The notes beneath the pieces were generated by a model, which had not been told where the DNA came from, ran no database searches, and saw only the letters and a list, made by a program, of their open reading frames with translations. Position numbers and translations under genes: made by a program. Of a stretch of 25,231 nt of DNA, positions 1-8,321 are shown piece after piece (positions within the stretch are counted from its first letter, which is position 1; every line of letters begins with the position of its first letter). Source of the DNA: a virus (Duplodnaviria; Caudoviricetes); IMG/VR virus record IMGVR_UViG_3300047507_000084, positions 1-25,231 of that record, one strand, 5' to 3'.

Positions 1-1806
1 GACCAGGTCCTTGATCTTGGAGAGGCCCGAGACGTTGCCGATGAAGATCTCGCCGCCCTGCCAGACCTTCTCCTCGCCGCGGCGCAGCCGGATGTCCAGG
101 TGGGCGCCCTGCTCGCCGATCGTCGACTTGAGCGCCGTCTCGAGCCGTCCGGGGTCCAGCCGCGCGACGAGCAGCCGGCCCTGCTCCGCCTTGAGCTTGT
201 CCGCCTCCTCCTGCGTCAGCCCCATGAGGTGGATCTGGCAGACGCCCGTACCGCTGTCGCCTACCTTGAATGTGAGTTTCCCTGTCTCCTGGCCCTCCTT
301 CCGCAGGCTCCCGAGGTCCACCTCCTGGATGACCGTCTGGGCGCCGGGCGGCGGGTCGTAGCCCAGGGGCTTCGGGAACATCTCGACCGTGTCGATCCTG
401 TAGGCGTAGAGTTTGGCCCTCAGGGAGAACCCCCACCGCTTGGCTTCCTCGGCCGAGATGGCGTGCTCCTGGGCCAGGGCCTTGAACCCGGCCTGATCGA
501 TCGTCTCCGGTTTGTGGAGTTTGATGATGCCGTGCACGACGTTGTCCTCGACCAGGGCCACGTCCCGGTCGACGTAGGCCTCCGGAAGCGGCTTGATCTT
601 CACGATGACCTTCTTCCGGCCCTCGCGGATGAGCCTCCCGTGCGGCGCCACGAGGTAGATGCCGGGCAGCACGCCCTTCTGCAACATGTTCGCCCGGCGG
701 GCTATGTCCTCCGCCTTCTCGATCGCCTCCTTGTCGAGCACGGCGATCGCGCACCCCGTCCCGGCGATGAGCTTGACCTCCCATCCTCCGCCGCCGAACA
801 CCGCCTTGAAGTCGTCGAGCTTGGCCCAGGTCTGCTTGTGCCTCGGGTCCGCGCGTTCCCCCAGGGGCGCCACGACGACGACCCGCTTGCGGGCCAACTT
901 CCCGGCCTGGCCTGCGAGCAGCGCCGGATCCGGCATGTGCTCGAGCGAGTGGATGAAGACGATGTTGTCCCAGCGGTTCCCCTCGTCGGGGGCCCACGAC
1001 AGCCCGCCGGCGACGTCCATCTTGTGCGATGGGACGTCCTTCTCGTGGCACATCCTGATGGCCATATCGTCCATATCGACGCCGTAGACGTGTCGCCCCT
1101 TATCCCTCAGGCGCTTGAGGAAGAGCCCGCTGCCGCAGCCGACGTCGAGTACCGAGCCCGGGGCGAGGGCCGCCGCGGCAGCCTCGTTGCCGGCCTTGAG
1201 CTCGTCGCCCTCCTGCTCGAGTCCCTCGTAGTACGCCCGGGCTGATTTCTCGACCTTGCCCTCCTCGACCCGCACGACCTCGGCCCGCGGCTTCATCCGC
1301 AGCACCAGGTCGCAGACGGGGATGTAGCTCGAGTGCGGGCCCGTGGGCGTATAGACGAAGTGGCACTCCTTGCCCGTCTGTTTGCCCAGGATCCGGCCGA
1401 GCTTGAGCTCCAGGCCCTCGTCCCGCGCCGACTCGCGGGCCCGGATGATGACGTCCACGTCGCCGGCGCTCTTGGGGTCCCGGACGTAGCTCCCGCCCAT
1501 GGAGACGTAGTTCTCGACGACGACCAGGTCCTCGGATCCGGACTTGATGAGCCCCATGAACCCGAAGCTGCTCTTCATGAGCGCCCGGTCGACGGCCGTC
1601 ACCGTCACGATCTCGATCTCTCGGCCCTTCATCTCCCGGCGCAGCAGACGGTAGCGGCCCAGGAACTCGTCGGCCCCCATGTCGGTGATAGCCTTCCCCT
1701 TGGCGTAGAGATTCTCCCAGAGCTGGATGAACCGGAACCGCAGGCTCTTCAACTCCCTGTCGTCCGCGTGCTCAAGCGTCGTCGGCGATATCTCTTCGAT
1801 GTGCAT
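1..1806 (-). CDS. Multidomain head-module protein, truncated at window edge (>=602 aa): helical N-terminus + Pol-beta-type nucleotidyltransferase + class I SAM methyltransferase + ASCH-like domain + LigD 3'-phosphoesterase-like domain
   Basis: Translated by hand: ATG at 1806 (MHIEEISPTTLEHADDREL...), no stop down to base 1, GC-rich third codon positions. Motifs: GGSYVRDPKSAGDVDVII (GS..DxD, 1453-1497), LDVGCGSG (1126-1149), HSLEH (937-951), GIYLVAPHGRLIREGRKKVIVK (598-663) with LYAY..FPKP..YDPPPGAQ, QIH (229-237) and HLDIRL (85-102). Confidence 0.85.
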   Translation of the reverse strand, partial: MHIEEISPTTLEHADDRELKSLRFRFIQLWENLYAKGKAITDMGADEFLGRYRLLRREMKGREIEIVTVTAVDRALMKSSFGFMGLIKSGSEDLVVVENYVSMGGSYVRDPKSAGDVDVIIRARESARDEGLELKLGRILGKQTGKECHFVYTPTGPHSSYIPVCDLVLRMKPRAEVVRVEEGKVEKSARAYYEGLEQEGDELKAGNEAAAAALAPGSVLDVGCGSGLFLKRLRDKGRHVYGVDMDDMAIRMCHEKDVPSHKMDVAGGLSWAPDEGNRWDNIVFIHSLEHMPDPALLAGQAGKLARKRVVVVAPLGERADPRHKQTWAKLDDFKAVFGGGGWEVKLIAGTGCAIAVLDKEAIEKAEDIARRANMLQKGVLPGIYLVAPHGRLIREGRKKVIVKIKPLPEAYVDRDVALVEDNVVHGIIKLHKPETIDQAGFKALAQEHAISAEEAKRWGFSLRAKLYAYRIDTVEMFPKPLGYDPPPGAQTVIQEVDLGSLRKEGQETGKLTFKVGDSGTGVCQIHLMGLTQEEADKLKAEQGRLLVARLDPGRLETALKSTIGEQGAHLDIRLRRGEEKVWQGGEIFIGNVSGLSKIKDLV

Positions 1807-1813
1807 TGATTTT

Positions 1814-2059
1814 TTATGATCCGTAAGAATATATCGCCCTGTTATCCCAAGAGAATCGGAAGCGGCTATCCTCATCAGCCCAAAGAACCGCCACGACGTC
1901 ATCGCCGGAGTAGATGAGTTTCTTGATGCTCCAGACGGTCGATACAAGATCGTTTTGATACTTGGATGGAGCCTCGCCGACATAGACGGGCTTCCCCGCC
2001 GAATATTCGATCCTTTGGGCGTAACCGCCTCTTCCTTCTAAAAAAGACTTGTAAGCCAT
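1814..2059 (-). CDS. Small phage protein (81 aa), possibly virion/fibre associated
   Basis: MAYKSFLEG... preceded by GGGAGG RBS; pattern YVGEA..WSIKK..WA..F.FSWDNRA.Y.Y resembles small phage proteins found near fibre genes (recalled, not searched). Confidence 0.65.
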   Translation of the reverse strand: MAYKSFLEGRGGYAQRIEYSAGKPVYVGEAPSKYQNDLVSTVWSIKKLIYSGDDVVAVLWADEDSRFRFSWDNRAIYSYGS

Positions 2060-4215
2060 GGTAGTGTCCTCCCTATAAATATAAATATAGCGTTCTTTTT
2101 CCAATACTCATAAGCGCCGATATCCACGGCATTATCCTGCGGTACGGTCGTCCCCTCATAATCCTGCGTTAGCCCCACATTCACCCCGGCGTTGATGCAG
2201 GGGGAGGTGGGAAGGAGGTGGAAGTCGGGGGTGACGATGGAGACAAAGAGGGGATCAGAAGTCAAGTATATTGATTCTCCACTTGCCGTAGCCCAAGTCG
2301 CTATCGTTGTTTTATCAATGTCTTCCCAGTGCCAATGTGGTGTTCCACTATCAAGATAAAAGTCGTTATTAGCTCCTGTATATCCAGTCACAACCCCCGC
2401 AAATAAAATGTGGTGTTCATAGGTTGCCGTCTTTCCGTAAAAGATATTATTCTTTACAACATATGTTTCTGTTCCACCACCCCCCGTGTAGAGGGCAGTA
2501 CCGCATCCATAAAAGATATTGTTATAAATATTGTTTGTCCCGCCTCCACCACAGATTCCCCAAACCCTAGTCCCGTCAATATCGGTGAAAATATTGTAAT
2601 AGACATTCGCCCCACCTGTCGATTGAAGCCTTACCGCCGCACCCGAGGTTTTCGGCCAAATGGCGTTATCCCCATAATGGAAATTATATCTACATATCAA
2701 CTTTCCACTAAAATGATAAATTCCGTGTCCATGATACGCCCCGAAATTATCAATGTCTCGGAAGGTGCAATACTGAACTGTGAATGTCGGTGTATCTCCT
2801 GTGTTATATGTTTGAATAGCCGAATTTGCATCAGCCGAAATCTTACCTTGTCCCGTATCAGAAAAATCACAGTGGTCTATAAGGACATCCCCGGTTGTCC
2901 CGGCAACCGTATAAATATCTATGCCTATTCCTGTTGATTCGGTAATGTCACAATTTTGGATTGTAATATTCTGGCAGTTACGGAGTTTGAATGCACTACT
3001 TCCGGTAGCATCATTTCCCCCTCTGGTAAATGTTATTCCGTCGAAAGTGAGATAGGTCAGACCATTAGCATAAACATTATTTCTGGCTGAGACTTCAATG
3101 CCGGGAGAAGTATAGGCCGTATCGGGGTCTGTTGTGGAATAAACCGACAGAACATTTGCGGCCCAAAACCATTCATTCGCCGCATTGACCGCCGCCTTAT
3201 TAACTTGAAGCGTACCCAATGTCCCATCAAACCAGACAACATAAGGTTGGGTTGTTACCGTGGCATTCCAAGTATTCGCTTGCCCCGAAACAGATGCGGT
3301 TACATCATCAATATAAAATTTTACCCCCGTATAGTCCGAGCTGAATGTAAAATCCTTGAGTAGCCTATTGCTTGTTGCGAATCCAGATAGAGTCTCCTGG
3401 CTTACTCCATCAATAACCAACTCCATACTTCCGCCAGTACCCGTAGCATTGATAACATTTACTCCTATTTTATGCCATCCCCCCGACGCACCTACGGCAT
3501 AGGTAGCTGTATTCCCCGCCGCCGCATCCGCGTCATTTTTGGCGTGGAGGTGAACTCGGTGGGCCGACGAACTATAGGAAAAATCTAGATACCAACACCA
3601 GTCTCCTCCGGCATTTCTGGCCAAAAACGGAAGAGATGGGGCTGTCGTGCTATCAAAATATATCCAAAAATAAAATGACACATTGGTAAGAGCAGTGGTA
3701 TAGATACGTCTCAAATATGATTCATTAGAACCCGTAAAATCGAATAAGGCCGAATATGTTCCACCATGTGCTACGGCACTAGATGCCGATATATACCCAC
3801 TTGCGTCAGATTCCGTCCATCCCGTCAAATCACCCGACTCAAAGGTATCGGAATAGATTGTGGTATCTGCCGTCCAACTTGTCCCTGGCGTAATAAGGGT
3901 GGTTCCATCAATAATCGGGCCGGCTCCAGTCGTTCCATATTTACCAAATGTGATAGGCAATCCAATTGAACCTGAAGATGGAGGGGTTAATGTTTCTCGC
4001 CAAGTACATCCCCGCTTGAACAGGATGGAGTCACCAGCATTGAATGATGCTCCATTCACGTCGGCTATCGCGTCCCACGCGCGATTTGCCCCCGTCGTGG
4101 CTATAGTGGTGCCGTCACCGCCATGCGTGGAGGCTGTGTCTACATAATAGGTCGTCGAATAGCCGAAAGAATAGAGAACGAGCAGAAAGAGCGCAAAGAT
4201 AGCAAGCCGTTTCAT
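2038..4215 (-). CDS. Secreted right-handed parallel beta-helix (pectin-lyase-like) protein with an inserted beta-sandwich domain
   Basis: Signal peptide MKRLAIFALFLLVLYSFGYS; TTYYVD..GDG, GDSILFKRGCTWRE, repeated IYNNIF/VKNNIF rungs, C-terminal DPLFV..DFHLLPTSPCINAG..DIGAYEY; start after GAGAGG RBS. Confidence 0.8.
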   Translation of the reverse strand: MKRLAIFALFLLVLYSFGYSTTYYVDTASTHGGDGTTIATTGANRAWDAIADVNGASFNAGDSILFKRGCTWRETLTPPSSGSIGLPITFGKYGTTGAGPIIDGTTLITPGTSWTADTTIYSDTFESGDLTGWTESDASGYISASSAVAHGGTYSALFDFTGSNESYLRRIYTTALTNVSFYFWIYFDSTTAPSLPFLARNAGGDWCWYLDFSYSSSAHRVHLHAKNDADAAAGNTATYAVGASGGWHKIGVNVINATGTGGSMELVIDGVSQETLSGFATSNRLLKDFTFSSDYTGVKFYIDDVTASVSGQANTWNATVTTQPYVVWFDGTLGTLQVNKAAVNAANEWFWAANVLSVYSTTDPDTAYTSPGIEVSARNNVYANGLTYLTFDGITFTRGGNDATGSSAFKLRNCQNITIQNCDITESTGIGIDIYTVAGTTGDVLIDHCDFSDTGQGKISADANSAIQTYNTGDTPTFTVQYCTFRDIDNFGAYHGHGIYHFSGKLICRYNFHYGDNAIWPKTSGAAVRLQSTGGANVYYNIFTDIDGTRVWGICGGGGTNNIYNNIFYGCGTALYTGGGGTETYVVKNNIFYGKTATYEHHILFAGVVTGYTGANNDFYLDSGTPHWHWEDIDKTTIATWATASGESIYLTSDPLFVSIVTPDFHLLPTSPCINAGVNVGLTQDYEGTTVPQDNAVDIGAYEYWKKNAIFIFIGRTLPWLTSLF

Positions 4216-4223
4216 GGTTCCTC

Positions 4224-4940
4224 TCATCTAAAATCCAAGCTCGCTACGGCATTATAGTTCGTCCCATCGTACCAAAAGGTGACGATATCGACATAGGTTG
4301 CGGTCGTTGACCACGTTGGCTCAACAGCACTGGGCCATTTCACCGTACCAGGCCATACGGGATTCCAACTTCCGATTCCACCCTGGATGAGTTTGAGCTG
4401 AAGCCTCCCAACGCCAGAGGCTGGAGCGGTAAACGTGAACGTGCAAGTGTCGGTCAGCGTAACTTTCTGCGCTCCGCCGTTTCCCCAGTCAATCGTCTTT
4501 GTGGCGCCCGAGTTCCCGATGTTGTACTCCGATCCGTAGGTCAAAAGATTCGTTATCTTGGCCCCGCCCGTAATCCTTGTGATTATTGTATCCTGAGACA
4601 CGATCCCCAAGGTCATATAGGGATATCCGGTTATGCCCACAGTGCTTGCCCCGGCGCCGCCATAGGTCGGAGCGATGATCGTCCCTTGCCAAGTTCCCCC
4701 CGTCACAATCCCGGTATCTCCGATAAGGACGACGCCGTTTTGTAAAAGCTTCCCGGTTGTAGCATTAAATCTGGCGACTGCGTGATCCGTAGCCGAAGCC
4801 GGCCCTACAACATCCCCCAGTCCATCGCTAAGCCCCATGTAATAGTCGAGTTTCCCCGTGAAGGGATTGAACTTCCAGGATGCGAATCCAACCCCTGCCA
4901 TTAAAACGAGAGCCAGCAAAAAACAAAATAGTCTCTTCAT
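4224..4940 (-). CDS. Fibre/decoration-like protein with signal peptide
   Basis: MKRLFCFLLALVLMAGVGFA signal peptide; FNPFTGKLDY; GDVVGPASATDHAVARFNATTGKLLQ fibre-like segment; C-terminal TIDWGNG..VTLT..LIQGG.G..WP.TVKWP..P..ST..VDIVTF.YDGTNY domain typical of phage fibres. Confidence 0.7.
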   Translation of the reverse strand: MKRLFCFLLALVLMAGVGFASWKFNPFTGKLDYYMGLSDGLGDVVGPASATDHAVARFNATTGKLLQNGVVLIGDTGIVTGGTWQGTIIAPTYGGAGASTVGITGYPYMTLGIVSQDTIITRITGGAKITNLLTYGSEYNIGNSGATKTIDWGNGGAQKVTLTDTCTFTFTAPASGVGRLQLKLIQGGIGSWNPVWPGTVKWPSAVEPTWSTTATYVDIVTFWYDGTNYNAVASLDFR

Positions 4941-5251
4941 TTTTTCCCCTCTTTCGGTTTCAGATAAAGTTCCATGTCGTCAGGATGAACGAACCGGCTT
5001 CCATCGAGGTCGAGTAAGGCCGATTCCGGCAACGTTTCATATCCCTTGTAATTCTTGCGGAGCTCAATTTTGAATAATATCACCTTCTGCTGGAACTGTC
5101 GATTGAACTCATTTATCGCGTTCACCAGGTTCTCTTTCATGTGGTCAGGCAACGACCAAGTTCGAGGCCTTTCCGGTCCCAATTTCTGGGCCGATCCGCA
5201 TTGAATAGCCAGCGCGAGGAAAAGAATCCCTATAATTTTTTTCATGCTCAT
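4937..5251 (-). CDS. Exported hypothetical protein (possible fibre chaperone)
   Basis: Signal-peptide-like N-terminus, helical body, ATGA overlaps with both neighbours. Confidence 0.65.
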   Translation of the reverse strand: MSMKKIIGILFLALAIQCGSAQKLGPERPRTWSLPDHMKENLVNAINEFNRQFQQKVILFKIELRKNYKGYETLPESALLDLDGSRFVHPDDMELYLKPKEGKK

Positions 5252-5469
5252 ACCCTCCTTAAACGTTTATTCATAATGACGCGCCCCCGCACTATGGCTT
5301 TCGATGAGGCCCGCTCATACCCTTCCCGATATCCGCAGGCCCCCAGGCACTTGGCGATGGTCGCGAACCCTTTGCGGCGCCAGGAGCAGCACGACTTCCG
5401 CACGTACATCGCCGACCCGCATTTCGGGCAGGGGTGGTTGGCGAGGCGCAGCGGGATGCGGCGCTTCAT
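5248..5469 (-). CDS. Small basic Cys-rich (zinc-ribbon-like) protein
   Basis: CPKCG..CC..C.GACG; ATGA coupling at both ends. Confidence 0.55.
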   Translation of the reverse strand: MKRRIPLRLANHPCPKCGSAMYVRKSCCSWRRKGFATIAKCLGACGYREGYERASSKAIVRGRVIMNKRLRRV

Positions 5470-5627
5470 GGCGTCCACCACCATTCCCTATAAAACATCC
5501 GTTTCAACCAGACGATCAGGAACCAGGACCTCCGGCCACAGACTCCGGCCTTCATAAACCCTGCCGTGAGGATGAACCACCACGGGAAGACGAGCACCCG
5601 CTCCTTGGTTATGATCTCCAGTTCCAT
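5466..5627 (-). CDS. Small Trp-rich hypothetical protein (53 aa; not in ORF track)
   Basis: MELEIITKERVLVFPWW...WWWTP; AGGAGG RBS directly after the MuF stop; stop overlaps next ATG. Confidence 0.5.
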   Translation of the reverse strand: MELEIITKERVLVFPWWFILTAGFMKAGVCGRRSWFLIVWLKRMFYREWWWTP

Positions 5628-5636
5628 TGCGGCCTC

Positions 5637-6467
5637 CTATCCGTGGATGACGAACGTGCACTCGTCCTGGGGGTGCAGGTTGTCGACCTCGGCCGCCTCG
5701 TCGGGCGTGTAGGGACCGGCCTCGTTGGCCGCGACGCAGTCTGCGCACGCCTCGGGGTCCCCGACCCTATCCAGGAGCTCGACCCCGTGGTCCTTCGCCG
5801 CCTCGATGATGCCGTCCCGGAGCGCGTTGTTCGTCTCCGTCCTGGCGATCATCTTCGTCCGGTAGGTCTGCAGCTTCCGGGCGTACCGTTCGGCTCTGGA
5901 CCAGGCCAGCTCGTCCGCCAGGCCCTCCTCGATCATCTTCGTGTACCGCCGGCCGACCGCCAGGGCCAGCCTGTCCGTGAGCCCGACGCTCGACCTGAGG
6001 GACCGCCCGACCTTGTCCGGGCCGTATCCCTGCTCGATCGCCTGCCGGATGATCGCCTTGATCCCCCTCCGGGTCTCGGAGGTGATCTCCCTGATGCGCA
6101 TCGCGCCCTTGGTCGCGAGGAACCGCTTCGCCGCTTGGCCGATCGCCTCCTCCTCGTCCCCCCGCTGCTTCACGAGCGCCAGCTTCCTGTAGCCGGCCTG
6201 GAAGGCGGCGGCCATCACGGGGGCCAGCAGTTTCAGGGCGGCCCCCTCGATCCCCTTCGCGGGCAGGCCGTCCGCCTCGCTCGCGGTCCGGGGCCTCCGC
6301 GCCACGACCTCCGCCGTCACGGTCTTCCTCCAGGCGTCGGCGGCCGTGGCGAGACCCCCCTCGAGCCGCCTGGCCAGGTTCCGGTGCCTGGCCACGGCCC
6401 GGGCTGTCGACACCTTGCGGTACTCGAGGAGCGCGGCCCGGACCCGGGAAAGGGCGGATCCCCCCAT
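5637..6467 (-). CDS. Phage head morphogenesis/minor head protein (SPP1 gp7 / Mu F family)
   Basis: IREITSETRRGI..I..AIEQG, RTKMIARTET, C-terminal ACADC...HPQDEC; located after portal; start uncertain. Confidence 0.8.
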   Translation of the reverse strand: MGGSALSRVRAALLEYRKVSTARAVARHRNLARRLEGGLATAADAWRKTVTAEVVARRPRTASEADGLPAKGIEGAALKLLAPVMAAAFQAGYRKLALVKQRGDEEEAIGQAAKRFLATKGAMRIREITSETRRGIKAIIRQAIEQGYGPDKVGRSLRSSVGLTDRLALAVGRRYTKMIEEGLADELAWSRAERYARKLQTYRTKMIARTETNNALRDGIIEAAKDHGVELLDRVGDPEACADCVAANEAGPYTPDEAAEVDNLHPQDECTFVIHG

Positions 6468-6472
6468 CGGCG

Positions 6473-6784
6473 TCAGTGCCTGCGCCCGCCCGGGAAAGTC
6501 ATGAACGGGTTCCGGCCTCTGTTCTCGGCTGCGGCGGCCTCCAATTCCTCGGCCCGCACCTTCGCCTCGGCGATCTCCTCCTCCGTGATCTGTCTTATCA
6601 ACAGCACGTTCCGCTCGCTGAAGAGTATCGGCTGCCCCGTCCTCTGATGCTTGACCAGGATCTTCCTCGGGAACAGCCTCCTCCACAAACCCCTCGGGAA
6701 CCATTCCTTCACGACCTCGGTGGTTAGCTCGCCCTCGACGATGATCTGCATCGGGGGCTCCTTGAGCCAGATCATCAATGCCAT
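6473..6784 (-). CDS. Hypothetical protein (103 aa)
   Basis: AAGGAG RBS; fills the gap between portal and MuF-like gene. Confidence 0.65.
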   Translation of the reverse strand: MALMIWLKEPPMQIIVEGELTTEVVKEWFPRGLWRRLFPRKILVKHQRTGQPILFSERNVLLIRQITEEEIAEAKVRAEELEAAAAENRGRNPFMTFPGGRRH

Positions 6785-6796
6785 ATTTATTTCTCC

Positions 6797-8311
6797 TTAA
6801 CTTTCAGTTTTCTCGCCCAGCTCCTTGACGGCGGCCAGGGTCTTCAGGCCCCCGGACGCCGCCTCCCTCGTCAGCTTCTCGATCTCCTCCCTGATCTCCC
6901 TGAATCCCATGTCCCTGGCCGCGAGCGACTCCTGGCCCGCCGGCACGAGGTCGGACCGCATGAAGTACTCTCCGGCCCAGGGGCACTTCTCCTCGTCGAG
7001 CGCCTCCCGGCCCAGGTACCTGAGGACGTCGTTCGGGCTCATGGCCGCGATCCCGACGAGCTTGAGGCAGTTGTCGATCTCCACGGTCTCGTCCCGGATG
7101 TCGAGCTCCCCCAGGTCGAACAGGTACAGCTCGCAGTCGAACCCGTCCCGGATGATCTTCTGGCTGAAGATGTGCTCGACGATGACCTTCAGCGGTTCTA
7201 CCACGGAGTCGATGTAGATGCGCGTCGACTCCAGGGCCGTCGACCCGCCCAGGGAGCCGGCCTCCGCGATCCCGATCCGGTACGGAGGCATCTTGTAGGC
7301 CACGAGGACCTCGTCCCGGAGGCTCTTGTGATAGAGCTTGAAGTGCCCCTCCTTGACCTCGACGACCAGCGGCTCCCACGTCACCTTGCCGCCCTGGGGC
7401 GGGTTGAGCACGATCGTCTTGTGCGCGTTCGAGCTGCCCTTGATCTCGACGTCGATGAACGCGCAGATCTCCTTCACGGCGTCCTCGTCCCAGACCCCCT
7501 CGATCGTGACCAGCGCCGCCGGGATCCCGTAGTTCTCGAAGAAGGCCAGGTTGTAGTCCCGGATCCCGATGAGCGCCTTCACCGCCCCGACGGCCGAGAG
7601 GACCATGGGGCTCCCGTACCAGGCGCTCTGCGGGTAGTAGTTCGCGTAGAAGACCATCTCGTGCGCCTTGTCCTTGATGTCCGTCTCCTCGCCGGTGAAC
7701 GTGTCGATGTCCTTCTCGTACCCGAACCGCTTGAACCACCGGTAGGTCGACTGGGCGAACTGGCAGAACTTCTGCTTGTCCTTGTGGACGCGGATCTGGT
7801 AGGCCGGCACGTGGTAGATCCCGTCGATCCTGCCCCCGTCGTCCCGCGATACCTCCATGCCGAACCAGCCGACGCAGCCCCAGTCGACGACGCATTTCTC
7901 GATGACGTCCGAGATCGACTCCTCCTCCGTGTTCGGGTCCTCGAGGAACTCCTCGATCTCCTTGCGCGCCGCCTCGTCCTCCGCGGTCTTCTCGCCCTCC
8001 TTCGCCTCCTGCCGCGGGGCGAGCGACCAGCCCTGGCCGACGACGTCCTTGGCGATCTGCCGCACGCACGCGTCGAAGAAGGAGCAGTTGTCCATGAGCA
8101 CGAGCAGCCCCCCGACCGCGAACGGGAGGGGCACGAGGTTGTGCTCGGTCATGTAGGCGCGGTCGCCCTTGAGCTGCTTCGAGGCCGCGCGCGTCTCGGC
8201 GGTCCTCGGCGCCTCCCGCAGCTTCGTCCACGGGATGAACCCCTGGGCCGTCTTGATGAACGTGTACGCCTTGCCCACGCGCTCCGGCGCCGGCTTGATC
8301 TCTTTAACCAT
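6797..8311 (-). CDS. Phage portal protein (PBSX-like family)
   Basis: WYGSP..SAV.AV, YNLAFFENYGIP, NAHKT, RDEVLVAYKMPPYRIG, SPNDVL; follows TerL; AAGGAG RBS before MVKEIK. Confidence 0.9.
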   Translation of the reverse strand: MVKEIKPAPERVGKAYTFIKTAQGFIPWTKLREAPRTAETRAASKQLKGDRAYMTEHNLVPLPFAVGGLLVLMDNCSFFDACVRQIAKDVVGQGWSLAPRQEAKEGEKTAEDEAARKEIEEFLEDPNTEEESISDVIEKCVVDWGCVGWFGMEVSRDDGGRIDGIYHVPAYQIRVHKDKQKFCQFAQSTYRWFKRFGYEKDIDTFTGEETDIKDKAHEMVFYANYYPQSAWYGSPMVLSAVGAVKALIGIRDYNLAFFENYGIPAALVTIEGVWDEDAVKEICAFIDVEIKGSSNAHKTIVLNPPQGGKVTWEPLVVEVKEGHFKLYHKSLRDEVLVAYKMPPYRIGIAEAGSLGGSTALESTRIYIDSVVEPLKVIVEHIFSQKIIRDGFDCELYLFDLGELDIRDETVEIDNCLKLVGIAAMSPNDVLRYLGREALDEEKCPWAGEYFMRSDLVPAGQESLAARDMGFREIREEIEKLTREAASGGLKTLAAVKELGEKTES

Positions 8312-8321
8312 GGCTCGCTCC

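Noticed and set aside
1690-1705. Suspected frameshift near the start of the polyprotein
   Set aside because: Recounting gives AAG GGG AAG GCT, so the frame is continuous
100-1809. Plus-strand ORFs of 381, 158, 142 and 116 aa
   Set aside because: Antisense shadows of the motif-rich minus-strand ORF at 1-1806; no recognisable motifs
2038-2104. Possible frameshift at the end of the beta-helix gene (ATATTT repeats, 22-nt overlap with next gene)
   Set aside because: Short overlaps are normal in phages and the next gene has its own RBS; no direct evidence
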